A DNA stretch of 64,000 bases. Source: Octopus vulgaris. Lineage: Eukaryota. Where the stretch lies: contig OX597834.1 in the NCBI GenBank assembly GCA_951406725.2, positions 18,042,001-18,106,000 on the forward strand, in the 5' to 3' direction. The notes beneath the pieces are model-generated. The model had not been told where the DNA came from. It searched no databases and saw only the letters and a list, made by a program, of their open reading frames with translations. The position numbers were made by a program, and so were the translations under genes. Numbering within the stretch: position 1 is the stretch's first letter; each line of letters starts with the position of its first letter. Positions 38,850-53,278 of the stretch are shown piece by piece.

Positions 38850-39134
38850 TATTTCAAGCCAGCGGGCTTTTTTTGCGCAAACTGCACGTGCATTTTTCTC
38901 GCGTGCGCATAATATTGATCGCAACAGCTGATGTACTTGTGCGTACAAATGCACATTCCCATGGCTTTATCGATCGCATTCTCACCTGGAATCGATTTTC
39001 GTAATTTTTTCAAGACTTATACACACCCTGATACCGTCGGTATTTACATATCAAATTTGAGCGCAATCGGATGGAGGATATCCGAGATCCTAGAAGACAC
39101 ACACACACAGACAGAATGGATTTTATATAATAGA
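38850..39134 (-). mobile_element. Non-autonomous Helitron-type 5' fragment
   Basis: Minus strand begins A|TCTATTATATAAAA..ctgtctgtgtgtg; CpG-rich relative to flanks; 3' CTAG end not found. Confidence 0.55.
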
Positions 39135-39249
39135 TATATATGTGTGTGTGTGTATAAATATATAAAAATCGTAGCTGTGGCCAGTGCTCCCTGACTGGCT
39201 CCCATTTCGGTGGCACATAAAATGCATCATTTGAATGTGGTTGATGCCA

Positions 39250-39420
39250 GGTATTTCGTCTGTCTTTATGTTCTGAGTTCAAATTCTGCCAAGGTCAACT
39301 TTGCCTTTCATCCTTTCGAGGTCGATAAATTAAGTACCAGTTGCATACTGGGGTCAATCTAATCGACTGGCCCCTTTCCCAAAAATTTTGGGCCTTGTGC
39401 CTAGAGTAGAAAAGAATATA
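39250..39420 (+). mobile_element. SINE family B (3' part)
   Basis: Same sequence as the unit of the 44104-44867 array, preceded by box B. Confidence 0.85.
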
Positions 39421-40392
39421 TATTTATATTCGATTTTTGATATATATAAGTTTGGATTTATATTCCCTCAAATAATTATTATATATATCATCATCATCAT
39501 TTAACGTCCGTTTTCCATGCTAGCATGGGTTGGACAGTTCGACCGGGGTCTGGTGAGCCATGGAGGCTGCACCAGGCTCCAGTCTGATTTGGCAGTGTTT
39601 CTACAGCTGGATGCCCTTCCTAACGCCAACCACTCCGTAAGTGTAGTGGGTGTTTTTTATATATATATGTAATGTAAAGGGATAGTGTTTTGGAATTTGT
39701 GCAGGTACCTTGTTAGCACTCTGATAAAATCCAGATCTGGCTAACCACATTGAATGATAGAGAACATACAGAATCATTTAAGACAAGCAAATGGTATTGA
39801 ATTTCACACAGTATACAGAGTGTATAACCAAGACATCATAAAAAATTTTTCTCTTTAGAATTTAAAGGAATAGATTATTTTTATATACTTAGAACTAGAA
39901 AAAAAAAACCCTTAATTAGGCCAGGATACATTCACCTCACTGGACACTCATAACGAGGATAAAATGATACCATATAAGATAGATTGATCTAAAAGGAATT
40001 GAAAAAGGGAGGAAATAAAGAGGAAATCCACTCATGGGTAAAATTGGGTAAAATCTTGAACAAAGCTGCATAGGAATGTGTATTTGAGATGAATATATAC
40101 GGCAACTGAATCAACTAAATGCACATAAATGCCATATCAAAGGACATTGGGACATTTATCAAGTAGAAACATGTGTTAGATTGGAATTTAATGAGAATTA
40201 TACTGTAATAAGCAAATTCTGATGGTGTATAATTTTCAATTCTTCTTTATGTGTGTGTATGTGTTTTTGTGCGAGTGTGTGCATGTCATACATACATACA
40301 TACACATACATACATACATACACACATACATACAAAGTATGGGGGTTTAGTTATACAGAGAGAGAGAGAAAGAGATGGATAGATAGATAAAC

Positions 40393-40456
<64 letters not shown>

Positions 40457-40727
40457 CATACTTAACAGAGATATACTGACTGTTGAAAGTCTTGAAATTG
40501 TGATATTCATCTCAAGAAACCATCTTGCATAGACATATATTGTCACCCCAGTTTCAAGGCTTCTGTAGTATATCTGAGTCAAGCATGATATACAGAATGC
40601 TGTTCTGTACTAATAGTGCTTCTGTCACTAATGACAGATGTGCCTATGTGTGTATAGATGTATATTTATACATGTGTGTATATATACATGCACACACACG
40701 TATGTATATGTACATATGTATTTATTT

Positions 40728-40758
<31 letters not shown>

Positions 40759-40825
40759 TACGCACACATATACAGAGACACACACACATATATAGATATA
40801 ATTGATATATATATACATGTGTATT

Positions 40826-40874
<49 letters not shown>

Positions 40875-41651
40875 ATATATCTGAATGTCTCTCTTTGAGA
40901 GATTTAGAAATAATATTTCTAATATATATATATATATATAAAACAGAAAAAGACAGACAGATAGATAGATGTAAGCAAGTAAATACAAAAACTCAAGTAT
41001 AAACACATATACATATATATGATTTTGGTTTTACAAAATTTTAAAACAGTCCTTTGAAACATGGGAAAATTGAATGATTTAAATTTCAGAAAATAAATTA
41101 CTTTCCTGAAATTGGCCCAAGAACATATGAACCCCTCCAAAAAGCCATCTTTAAAATTTCACAGGATAAAATTTCCTGGCTCTATATATGTTTGCACAAT
41201 TGTGCATTGTGCAGTGTACAAGCATGCATGTATGTATGTGTGTATATATGCATGGAAGCATGTGTGTATGTGGTGTGATAAGCGTATATCTATACATATT
41301 AAATGTATAGAAAGACAAAGTAGGCCGCAGCAGAATATGAACCGTGTGTGCAGTTATATAATTGTTTGTGTGTGTGTATGTGTGCATATACAAGAAAATG
41401 TGCAATTTTGTAGTGTGTGTGTATATGTGTGTACGCATGCAACCATGCATGTGTGTGTGTCCACAATAATTTGTGTGTGTATATGTATCCAGTTATGTAC
41501 ATGTTTATGTGTGTGTATCTGTATGTATATCCAGTTGTGTAAATGTTTATGTGTGTGCATCTGTATATGTGTGTGTGTATATCTGCACGAGAGTGTGGTT
41601 GCGCACAGTCATATAAGTGTGTATGTGCAGTCATGTACGTATGTGTGTGTG

Positions 41652-41692
<41 letters not shown>

Positions 41693-43128
41693 CAGTGTTT
41701 CAAGATGATCCAAAATCTGTAATATTAGAAACAATATCTGTGACAAAAGTTCTTTTTATTTTTCCTTCTTTTCCTTTTACAATCCTTTCTGTTTTACTTT
41801 TCCTTCTTTCTCCTCACCCCCTCCCTCCATTAAGTGCAGATTTGTTGAGTTTCATGAAATAAAACAGATTTTTCAGTCCACTTTTACCATTTTTTTTTTT
41901 TTTTTTTGTTATTCTGAAGATTATCTTCAGAAAAGAATCATTCTGAAAAATATTTTAACACCATCATCATTATCACCATCCTCTCCTCCTCCTCCTCAAG
42001 AACCACCACCACCACCACTGTCACCACCACTACCACACTGTCGCTGTCATCACCACCACCACTGTCATCACCACCACCACTTTCATTATCCACATTGTGA
42101 TTCTCATCATCCTTCATGCCATCCTGGGAGAGTTTTGGCTCTCTAATTTAACTATTATCAACCCAAAGTTTAAAAAAATCATGGAAACAAAAAAAATAAA
42201 AAAACCATGAAATATTGATAAATTAAGACAAAGCAAATGAAACACAATCCAGGTTCTTAAGTTTTCAGATGATATTTCACAAAGATGGATTTCCATTTCA
42301 AGTTGTTTGTAAATAATGAATGAAATAAATTTCATAATCAAAGGTTCTTCTTGTTAATAAAGTATAGAATTTCAAAAGGATAATTCTCTTGAAAGGTATC
42401 TGAAGATATTCTTTATACCTCTAGAAATGGTTGTAAGCTAATCATCATCGTCATCATTTAATACCTGTTTTCCATACTGGTATGGGTTGGACGGTTTGAC
42501 TGAAAACTGGTAAGCTTGGGTGCTGCACCAGGTTCCAACCTGATTTGGCAAGGTTTCTACAGATGGATGCCCTTCCTAATGCCAACCACTTCATGAGTGT
42601 AATGAGTGCCTTTTACATGCCACCGACACAGGTGCCAGTTATGTAACACCAGCATCAGCCACAACTACGAACTCACTTGGCTTGACAGGTCTTCTCAAGC
42701 ATGGTGTATCACCAACGGTCTCGATTACATGTCACTCTCTTCACTTATCATTGTAATCTAGTTTAAATAGCTTTCTCTATATCTTACTTAACATGGATGT
42801 ACTGTAGAATGCCACAGGACTGCAGTATTTGTCTCTAGAAAGTATCTTGTAGAAATGCACAGTGCAGAAGTGTATCCATGAGCAGTGGTGGAATTGCTAA
42901 ATTTAGATTTCTGCATCTCTCAGCATTATCAGTAGCAAGTATCCTTTATCAACAGCAGGCTTAGAAAAATTTAGAACATACTGATATATAAAAAAAAAGC
43001 AAAAAAAAAAAAAAGACCGGAACGTATATCATATAACTGGTTTGTTGCCTAACACTCCATTATATAATTTCATGAGAAACATTTTGGTAAGATCAGCCGT
43101 AATGGATAATTAACACTATAAAATTCAG

Positions 43129-43172
<44 letters not shown>

Positions 43173-43228
43173 CATACATATATACACACACATACATATA
43201 CAAACACACACACACATGTATATACTTG

Positions 43229-43262
<34 letters not shown>

Positions 43263-43268
<6 letters not shown>

Positions 43269-43450
43269 ATCCAAACATGAAAGCACAAAAAAACACAACA
43301 ACATAGTATTATTGGATGCTCAGGAAAGAAGGAAGGTTTAATGTTTTGAGCGGAGCTCTTCGTCGGAAACACAGGAGAAGGAAAGCTCCAAAGAAGGGAA
43401 GACAGAGGAAAAAAAATTGCCAACGGTACACACGAGGTTACATCTTGAAT
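43263..43450 (-). mobile_element. Copy of the hammerhead-bearing element at 22964-23158
   Basis: gttt-CCGACGA-agagctccgctc-AAAAC-att-aaac (G12 mutated). Confidence 0.7.
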
Positions 43451-43455
43451 ATAAT

Positions 43456-43489
<34 letters not shown>

Positions 43490-44103
43490 TACACTCATAC
43501 ATGTGTATATTTGTATTTCAGTGTTTGACAACTAGTGTTGGTTTGTTTATGTCTTCGGGGCTCTCCAAAAAAAAAAAAGAGGCCAAAGGAATACTTATTA
43601 GACTTTACACAACAAACAAGTACCAAGGCTGATTTGATCAGGCAAAAACCCTTCAAGATGGAAGCCCAGCATGGCCAGAGTCCAATGACTGAAACAAGTG
43701 TAAAAGAAAAAAAAAAAATATGTTAACACTAACTTATGTATTTTTTTTATGCAAATGAGTTTGTGCTTAAGTTCATACTTATCAGTTTCAAATTTTAGCC
43801 CAAGGCTAGCAGTTTGGGGAAGGGGCTTAGTCAATTAGATTCATCCCAGTGATGAACTGGTACTTATTTTATCAACCCCAAAAGGATGAAAGACAGAGTA
43901 GGCCATGACAGCATTTGAGCTGAAAACAAAGATGGATGAAATGTTTCTAAGCATTATGCCTGGCATGCTAACAATCCTGCAAGCTCAGCATCTTCTCAGT
44001 TCATCCTTATTAATAATTAATTGGTTCCAAGATGTGACTTAACTCAGAAAATGTCATAAGACAAAAAGCATTTAAGAAAAATTTATTAGCTTACATGTAT
44101 TAT

Positions 44104-44867
44104 AATAAATTGTTTGTACCTTTCCGCCAAGGTTGACTTTGCCTCTCATCCTTTCGGGGTCGATAGATTAAGTACCAGTTGCATACTGGAGTTGATCTAA
44201 TCGACTGGCCCCACTCCCTCCCCAAAAATTTCAGGTCTTGTGCCAAGAGTAGAAAAGAATAAATCGTTTGTACCATTCTGCCGAGGTCAAATTTGCCTTT
44301 CATCTTTTCGAGTCAATAAATTAAGTACCAGTTGCATACTGGGGTCAATCTAATCGACTGGCCTCCTCCCCAAAAATTTCAGGTCTTGTGCCGAGAGTAG
44401 AAAAGAATAAATCGTTTGTACCTTTCCACCAAGGTCAACTTTGCCTTTCATCCTTTCGGGTCAATAAATTAAGTACCAGTTGCGTACTGGGGTCGATCTA
44501 ATCGACTGGCCCCCTCCCCAAAAATTTCGGGTCTTGTGCCGAGAGTAGAAAAGAATAAATTGTTTGTACCTTTCCGCTGAGGTCAACTTTGCCTTTCATC
44601 CTTTCAGGGTCAATAAATTAAGTACCAGTTGCGTACTGGGGTCGATCTAATCGACTGGCCCCCTCCCCAAAAATTTCGGGTCTTGTGCCAAGAGTAGAAA
44701 AGAATAAATCGTTTGTATCTTTCCGCCAAGGTTGACTTTGTCTTTCATCCTTTCGGGGTCAATAAATTAAGTACCAGTTGCGTACTGGGGTCGATCTAAT
44801 CGACTGGCCCCCTCCCCAAAAATGTTGGGCCTTGTGCTGAGAGTAGAAAAGAATAAATGGTTTGTAC
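44104..44867 (+). repeat. Tandem array of five ~149-bp units derived from SINE B 3' half
   Basis: The motif aataaatNgtttgta recurs at 44104, 44258, 44406, 44554, 44703 and 44852, separating headless SINE bodies. Confidence 0.93.
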
Positions 44868-45440
44868 TTATTTCCACATGTTTTTTTTATTTGATTTTTC
44901 ATGTAATAGTTTTTAGATATTTTTTTCAAAAACATTATTTATGCAATTATGTTCCTCTGAGACTGACATAAAATCGGGTAAACTGTGTGAAGTTAAAGTT
45001 TATTTTTATCATTCATTTCTTTAAATGTAAAGTTAAAAATTATTTAAATTGAAATGACATAAGTTGAGGTTTGAATGTGTAGGGTAATGATTTATCGAAT
45101 AACACTGAAACTAATTGGTTTGATCCTTGTATCAAGCAACTAAAACGGCCTGGGGTTGTCATGAATCTAGTTTCCATGGAGACGACATATGTATATGAAT
45201 ATGCATCCAGATAATTCTTTTATCTTTTATCTTTTACTTGTTTTAGTCATTAGATTGTGGCCATGCTAGAGCACTGCCTTGAAGAATTTTTAGTCCAATG
45301 AATTGACACCAGTACTTCTTTTTTTAAATCTGATACTTATCCTATCAGTCTCTTTTGCCAAGCTGCTAATTTGTGGGGATGTAAACACACCAACACCAGT
45401 TTCCAAGTGATATTGGGGAACAACCATAGACACAAAGACA

Positions 45441-45490
<50 letters not shown>

Positions 45491-45516
45491 TACATACATA
45501 CATACATCTATATATA

Positions 45517-45744
45517 CTGGAGTAAACACATAAATGTGAAACAAGGTGGAAAAAAGAGTACTCAAATACCAGTGGTAGAGTAATATGCTTTATCTAAAGC
45601 AGCGGAAAATTCAACAAAACCTGTTACTCTGAGTTTCATGTTCCCGTTCGTTGGAGAGTTTTTTCTAGCAAAACCTGTCCGACGAACGGGAACGTGAAAC
45701 TCAGAGTAACAGGTTTTGTTGAATTTTCCGCTGCTTTAAATAAA

Positions 45745-45746
<2 letters not shown>
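45517..45746. mobile_element. Fold-back hammerhead element inserted in the internal microsatellite of a diverged SINE A (45230-45925)
   Basis: Arms ~45588-45658 and 45676-45745; same family as 18011-18184. Confidence 0.8.
45670..45717 (+). ncRNA. Minimal type I hammerhead ribozyme motif (U4C variant)
   Basis: aaaacctgt-CCGACGA-acg-ggaa-cgt-GAAA-ctc-a-gag-TA/acaggtttt; 9-bp stem I; GUA site after 45708. Confidence 0.8.
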
Positions 45747-45795
<49 letters not shown>

Positions 45796-47951
45796 ACAAC
45801 CTTCTATCTACTAAATCCACTCACAATTTTTGTTGGCCATAGGCTATAGTAGAAGACGCTTGCCCTAGGTGGGACTGAACCTAGAACCATGTTGTTGGGA
45901 AGCAAACTTCTTACCATACAGCCATATTTTTTGAAATGCTTGTTTTCCATCTATTTTTCCCAACTGCTGCATGGGTGGGGGTTGTTTGTTTACTTTTATA
46001 TAACAGCTGGATAGTCACCATTTAACCATTTAAATAAGGGGAGTGGAGACTGCGTTTTGTTGTTATTTTTTGTCAGCCAAACAAACTGGGGCAAATATAA
46101 TTAAACGTTTTGTTGAGGTGCTTCATACAGTCAGACAAACTGGGGCAAATGTAATAAAACATTTTGTTGAGATGCCTCATACAGCCAACTACCATTTGCA
46201 AGTAAGTATGGTTTGGTAACATGCATCATGCTTTGACTAATTGTTGTAGCTGCCTTTCTACTAACAAACAGATATAAACATTTTTGCATTTCATCATTTT
46301 GGGTTCGATGGAAAAGTACCATCCAGAGTGGTAGATGGGTAGTGTTTTTAAGGGGGTCTGGCAAGATGCCTTCTGGTTCCTGTTCTGGCTCTGTACATTG
46401 TGTGTTCAAATCCTGATAAAAAAGGAAATAGAATTCTGTCTGTGCCTCTCTGTCACACTCTAACTATTCATCATCTGATACAAGATCATCTCTTCCAATG
46501 TTCCCACCAATCTCAAAGATTCCTTGTCTTGCAAAGGTACTTGGTGACCCTGCTGGTGCTGGTACTAAATGGAAAGCATCCAGTCCACACTGTAAAGTGG
46601 TTGGCATCTGGAAAGGAAACCAGTTGTAAAACTATGCAAAAACTAACCTCACCTGTGCTAATGACATGTAAAAAAAACACTCAGCCCACTCTGTAAGGTG
46701 GTTGGTGTTAGGAAGATCATCCAGCTGTAAAAGCCATGCCAGAACAGACAAAAGTGTGGTACAGACTTTTGCTTGGCCAGCTCCTGTCAAACCATCCAAC
46801 CCATGCCGGCATGGAAGGAGGACAGTAGATGATAATGATGATGATGATCAGAAGATTAACTGCTACCAACATTAATTTCTTTCTTTGTTTTATAAATCAT
46901 GCTTGTGTGTGACAAATTTATGACAAAAATAACACTGAAAGACGTGTTTGACAATCAAGGAAAAGGACAAAAACAGGCATGGATGGAATAAACCTAACTC
47001 ATCAGCCAAGATTTGATCCAGGGTCATTATGATTTCAGTACTGGAAAATCTTGGTATCACTTATGAAAGTGTCAGAGTAAGATGCTTGGGTATTATCATA
47101 GATATGTTTAGGTATAAAATATATATTTTTAAATCAGTAGCACATCAAGCTATCTCTTTGCAGTGTATCTAGTCTGTTTCTTGCAGTGCATTTTCGCATC
47201 ACATCTGAGAACCACTAGGCTTAAGATGTTGTTGTTGTTCTGGTTAACAGCAGATAAGGGCTTCATTGAGTGAACCTATGATGGATGGGTATCCTAGTTG
47301 TGGTGCTCCCAAAATTTCGAGAAGTTTATCAGGAATCATCTTAATCGAATGTAGTGTCTTTTTTCTATTTTAGATTTTGTGATGCAATATTAGGGATTTT
47401 TAACTGCCATTTCTAGCAAGTGGAAATTCTTGTTGAAGCCCTGATATTAGTTTGCAATCTCATAGCAGTTGCAACAATAATAAGAAACAAGCTTTTCTCC
47501 AAACAGATGTCTCTGGGCAAGATTTTGTGCATGTGTATATGTATATGAGTGTATGTATAAGTATGCATCAGTAAGAAAAGTTGTTTGAGTATATGTATGT
47601 ATGAATAAGTGTGTGTATCTAATACACACACATATACATACATACATACCTACATACATACATACATACATACTTACATACATACATACATACATACATA
47701 TATGCATGTGTGTGTGTAATTTGTTTTTAACAGTTGAACTTGGAGTCAATACAGCTATTCTACTTTGAGTATATGTCTGCATGTGTATGTGTGTGTTGTG
47801 TATGTGTGTATAAGCATGCATGCCTGTGTATGCATGTGTGAGTGTGTATGCTTCCAATTTTCCAGTAGAAAAACCTTCTTTGTAACGATTTCTTCCGATT
47901 ATTTCCTTGACTAGTTGCAATGTGCTAAAACAGGAACAAACCATCAATGGT

Positions 47952-47987
<36 letters not shown>

Positions 47988-48249
47988 AACACACGTAGCA
48001 TACATGCATAAATATGAGAACATACAGACAAACACATGTATATATATAAATGCTCACACATATATATATATATACACATACTCACACATAGGTTTATACA
48101 TATATAATTATTCACACACACCATACATACTCACATATGTATATAAATGTATAATCAGGCATACATACAAAAACATGCACACACACACGCACACACGCTT
48201 GCACATATACACACACACCCACACTTACATACTCCCACATAAATATATG

Positions 48250-48415
48250 CACAGGAGTGGCTGTGTGGTAAGTAGCTTGCTTACCAACCACATGGTTCCA
48301 AGTTCAGTTCCACTGCAAAGCACCTTGGGCAAGTGTCTTCTACTATAGCCTCGGACCAAACAAAGCCTTGTGAGTGGACTTGGTTGACAGAAACTGAAAG
48401 AAGCCCATCGTATAT

Positions 48416-48447
<32 letters not shown>

Positions 48448-48530
48448 GTTTGTGTGTCTCTGTTTGTCCTCCAACCATCACTTGACAACTAATGTTGGTG
48501 TGTTTACATCCATGTAACTTAGAAGTTGGT
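48250..48530 (+). mobile_element. SINE family A, 3'-truncated
   Basis: Head and body match 12864-13282. Confidence 0.85.
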
Positions 48531-49289
48531 GAAAGGTACCTGCACAGGGTGGTCAGCAGAGAAATTGAACTTGGGCCATCATAGTTGCAAAGTGGAACTT
48601 CTTAACTACTTGGCCATGCTTGCATCATATGCACATGTTGTACACTGCATCATATATTCATCCACATTGCATATGATAAAGGATAAAGCTGCTTTATAAT
48701 TAATATAGACTCATAAGGCCCGTTTTCCAGTTTCCATGGTGATATATTCCCCTCTGAATGGGATGTCAGTCCATCACAGGATTAATCATTCTTAGCGGCT
48801 GAGAGGACTGGAGCAATGTAAAATAAAGTGTCTGGCTCAAGAATACAATGCATTGGCTGGTCCAGGTATTGAAACTACAATCTTACGATCATGAGTCCAA
48901 CACCCTCGCCACTAAGCCATACACCTCCACTTGGATGAATCTGAAGACGTGGTAAAGTATACTTGCACATGGTGCCACACAGAAATTGATCCGGGGACAT
49001 CACAATTGCAAAGTGGAACTTCTTAACCACTTAGGCATGCCTACATGGTACATGCATGCCTACTGCATTATATAAACACATGTACACTGCAGCATGTATT
49101 CATGCACAATGCATCATACACACACACATACTCTTCATCATATGCGTATACACACTGCATCATAAGCACAGATGCACAAACATCTGCATGTTGCTTATAA
49201 AACAGATACTTGATGCATGTGCTCACATGTTCAGACACACACACACACACACAACTACATGTGGTTTCTCACATGCACACACATATAAC

Positions 49290-49327
<38 letters not shown>

Positions 49328-49334
49328 TACACAT

Positions 49335-49642
49335 ACTTACACAGATATAGTGTCTTTCTCTCTCACATACACACACACAGTTATAGCCTCTCACACATGC
49401 ATACAGACACACATACACTCATAAATGTACACTAACACACATACAGATATAGCCTCTCACAAACACACATACATTCACAAACACACACACACACACAGAT
49501 ATAGTCAATCTCACACATACACATACACACACACACAGATATAGTCAATCTCACACACACACATACACACACACAGATATAGTCAATTTCACACACACAT
49601 ACACACACACAGATATAGTCAATCTCACACACATATGGACAT

Positions 49643-49673
<31 letters not shown>

Positions 49674-49675
49674 TC
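49335..49675. repeat. Minisatellite of (CA)n plus gatatagtcaatct units
   Basis: About 7 units of cagatatag(t/c)c..tctca separated by variable CA runs. Confidence 0.85.
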
Positions 49676-50626
49676 CCTAAACCAGATCAATAAATCTATT
49701 CTTCAAATGTGAGTTCTCTTTCTTAATTGAATACAATATTTCCCCATTGCTGTCGAAGAAGACTGGGAAAGAGGAGAGAGAAGAAAACTAAGCAGGAGAA
49801 GAAGAGAACGAAGAAGAGGAAGAAAAAGGAGGAGGAGAAAGAGGGAAGGAGGGGAAGAGGTGGGAGGGAGCACCAGCTTCTATCAGTTTTACAGACTGTT
49901 GCACAATTTGCTGCAACCATGTGATTCCTCATTCTTTCTCTAACAGAAAAATGATGGCTTCTGTGGTTTCCACAGTGCTCAACTGCACCTCTGCAGTTCT
50001 GCAGTTCTGCAAAATTATATCCTCATCTAGCAGACTATGAACGTGTGTGTGTGTGTGTGTATTGTTTTGTTGTTGCTGTTGTTGTTGTTTTTGTTATTGT
50101 TTACATCCAAATCTGCCCTAAGTGATTACATCAGAGCTGATTTGATCTAAAACATTCCTCCCATGGCCATCCAGTGCAACATCATCCAATGTGTCTTTGT
50201 TTACAATCTGATGTTCGTTTGATTTGAGGGAGATTTTGCCAGCTATTTCTAGCTGATCAACTGTCAGTGTGTGTGAATGTGTGTTTGTGTATGTGTGTGT
50301 GTGTGAGTGAGCACATGTACATACATGTGTATATGTCTGAGTGTATGCAAGAATGTGTGTGAGTTTCTGTGTGCCTGTGTACGTGTGTGTGTGTGTGTGC
50401 GCACGCGCGCGTGTGTGTGTGAGTGTGTATGAGTGTGTGCTTGTGTGTGTTTGAGCATGTGCAAGACACACACATTGTTCAGATCCAAGCATATGTGTAT
50501 ATACACACGTCTGTAGTAGCTGTAATCTAATGATATTCAGCCCAGCAATTTTCATTTTTAACCCATAACAGATTAAATAAGAAGCCAAAATTATTTCATT
50601 ACACCATTAACTTATTATCAGGATAA

Positions 50627-50927
50627 ACATTATTATCGTTATTATTATTATTTTTATTATGAAAGCCTCTCAGATAGTTCTTAATTACCAATTATTCCTT
50701 ATTTGGAAGCAGGCAACAACAAATCATTAATGGTTTCAAGTAGTGCCTCTCCTGTGACTCAAAGAGATAATACTCTTCTGAGAATGTGAGCTGTTCTCAA
50801 CAATGCTGTCTTCTGGATCACCTCGGGTCTGACAGCAGCTCCAAATATTCTCAATATGCTTTTCAAAGCTCTTGGAAACTGCTCCTAGTGCTCCAATTTC
50901 CACTGGTATCACCATTACTTTCCTCAT
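50627..50927 (-). mobile_element. R4/Dong-type (RLE) LINE 3' end
   Basis: VMVIPVEIGALGAVSKSFEKHIENI then, in another frame, IQKTALLRTAHILRRVL; (TAA)n-like tail. Confidence 0.75.
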
Positions 50928-50929
50928 GA

Positions 50930-51310
50930 TGAGGCAAATGATGATGAGACAGAGGAAAGTGGCATTTCAATAAATAATACAGCGGAAAGTGATGCTTCAA
51001 CTAATTCTGAATGGATAAAGTGTACCAATTTTTTTCCCTCCATTTGTACATTTGTCTGACAACAACAATGTGGGAATCTCAAATGAATTTATGCTTAAGT
51101 CAGACGCAAAACAAAGTAAATATTTTACAGCACTTTTTGATAATCAGATTGTAAATTTTATTGTGTGAGAGACTAGCAATTATTACAGTCTTTGCACTTA
51201 TTTATAGTGAAATTAAGTAATAAAATTTCTCTTAAGAACAAGAGATGTCTTTTGTTTTCTGTCTGTCACACACATTCATGCAACCTTTTCCTGCTGTTAT
51301 TAAAGGGTTA
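50930..51310 (+). pseudogene. Decayed piggyBac transposase N-terminal fragment
   Basis: Acidic stretch, then YFTALFDNQIVNFIV*ETSNYY; ends aaaggg-TTAA. Confidence 0.55.
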
Positions 51311-51650
51311 AAAATCATTTCAGTTTCTAAAAATCTGGCATTTTCCCAACCCATTTGATTCATTTTGCTTTTACCTCTGTTTTTCCCTGCTAGTATGGGT
51401 CAGATGAATATATTACTGAGGTATTATTTTACAACCAGATGTCTTTCCTGTTGCTATTCCTTACTTGTTTTCCAAGTAAAGAATATTTTATTCCACATGT
51501 TTTTTGAAGGCACAAAACCAGCAACTGGTCTGTTGGCAGGGAAAATCACAGCAAGGTCAATGTCTGGGACTGAACAATTTATGGAGAAACACAGGTGTAA
51601 ATAAAGAAAAACAAACAAGCACACACACACTCAATATATATATATATATA

Positions 51651-52160
51651 CTAGCAGTATCGCCCGGTGTTGCTCGGGTTTGTAAGGGAAATAACTATAT
51701 AAGCATTTTTAGAGAGTTACTTCCTTTATAGATGCCAATTCGGGCTTTCTTAGCCATTTCTGTTTTGGTGTCTTCAAGCCATGAAGTCGTTGTTCTAAAA
51801 GAACGCTGGTTTCCTTCACAACGCATTACGACGTTGATTTCCTTAAACTCCCTTCCCCACAGCTTCACGAGGGAGGGAAGGGGGAGAAGCAAACAGGTGC
51901 AGCTGTGAGCGTGGACGCCAACTCTGCCGCCATCGACACACGATGCATTTTATGCATTAAAATGGAATAAAAAATGATGTTAAATTATTTTTAAAATCGT
52001 AGACTCATCGTTGACGCACGCTAATAGTCAGACGGGCTCGATATGAATCACGACTATAAGATACCCGAATTTGGTTAAACTGCACCGCAAAATGTGGGAG
52101 GAGTTAGGAATCTAAATCGAAGGGGACAGACACTCACACAACTAGAGTTTTATATATATA
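51651..52160 (-). mobile_element. Non-autonomous Helitron
   Basis: Minus strand runs tatatataaaa... to a subterminal hairpin cccgagcaacaccggg, then CTAG|T. No TIR or TSD. Confidence 0.75.
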
Positions 52161-52929
52161 TATATGTGTGTGTGTATGTATGTATTAGCAATAGGAAGAG
52201 TGTCCAGCTGTAGAAACCATGCCAAAGCAGACATTAGAGTTTGGTGCAGTTCTTTGGTTCATTAGCTTCTGTCAAACCATCAAACTTATGCCAACAAGAT
52301 TTTAAATGATGATGATATATACATACATATACACACACACACATATATACATACATACAGACATACATAGACATACATATACACACACACATGTGAGTGT
52401 GTGTGTATGCATGTATATGTATATATGAGTATGTATGTATATTGACAATAGGTTACACATACATACATAGACATATACACACACGTCTGCATGTGTGTGT
52501 AAGCACGTATATATATATATATATATATATATTAGTGTGTGTGTGTATGTATATATTGCTTTCAAATTTTGGCATAAGGCCAGCAATGTTGGGGGCAGGT
52601 TAAGCCGATTATATCAACCCCATTGTTCAACTGGTCCTTATTTTAGATCTTGAAATGACGAAGGGCAAAGTTGACTTGGGTGAAATCTGAACTCAGAACA
52701 TAAAAACGGATGAAATGCCACTAAGCATTTTACCCAGGATACTGACAATCCTGTCAGCTTGCAGCCTTTATGTGTGTGTGTGTCTGTGTGTGTGTGCTTA
52801 GAGGGTGTGATGGGTAAATTGTTGCCTTTTTATATTTTTAATTTCTTGCATGTGCATTGTTTGGTTTTGGTTTTGTTGAGTACACCGTATAGTCAGAGAC
52901 CGTCTGTGAGTAAAACAACACCACGATGC

Positions 52930-53278
52930 AATTCACTCTGCCAGAAATTTGGAAATGACATGCTGTACTGCTTGGCATTTGTGCTGAGAGCTCCAATACA
53001 AACATTTCAGAGTGGTTTGGGAGTGAATCTGAGAACTGTGCAACCTGAGGACATGTACTGAGATAAAAATCAAACATCCAGTCGACATCATGGTGTTTGG
53101 AGTGATTACTAGTGATGGTGACATTATGCCTCCATTCATTTTCCCCACACGGCCTCAGACTCAATGTAGAGGTCTACAAGTATTATTATTATTATTGACC
53201 TGGATCAAGAGGGTGGTGGCTGGAAGATCTTGTGTCTGGCAACAGGACTTTGCACCAATCAAAAGAACCCAGTCATGT
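52930..53278 (+). pseudogene. maT/DD37D-like transposase remnant
   Basis: KHPVDIMVFGVITSDGDIMPPFIF..GLRLN..WIKRVVAGRSCVWQQDFAP; same group as 4385-4887. Confidence 0.8.

Noticed and set aside
44104-44867. CRISPR-like repeat/spacer periodicity
   Set aside because: The intervening segments are near-identical SINE bodies, the context is eukaryotic and there are no cas genes.
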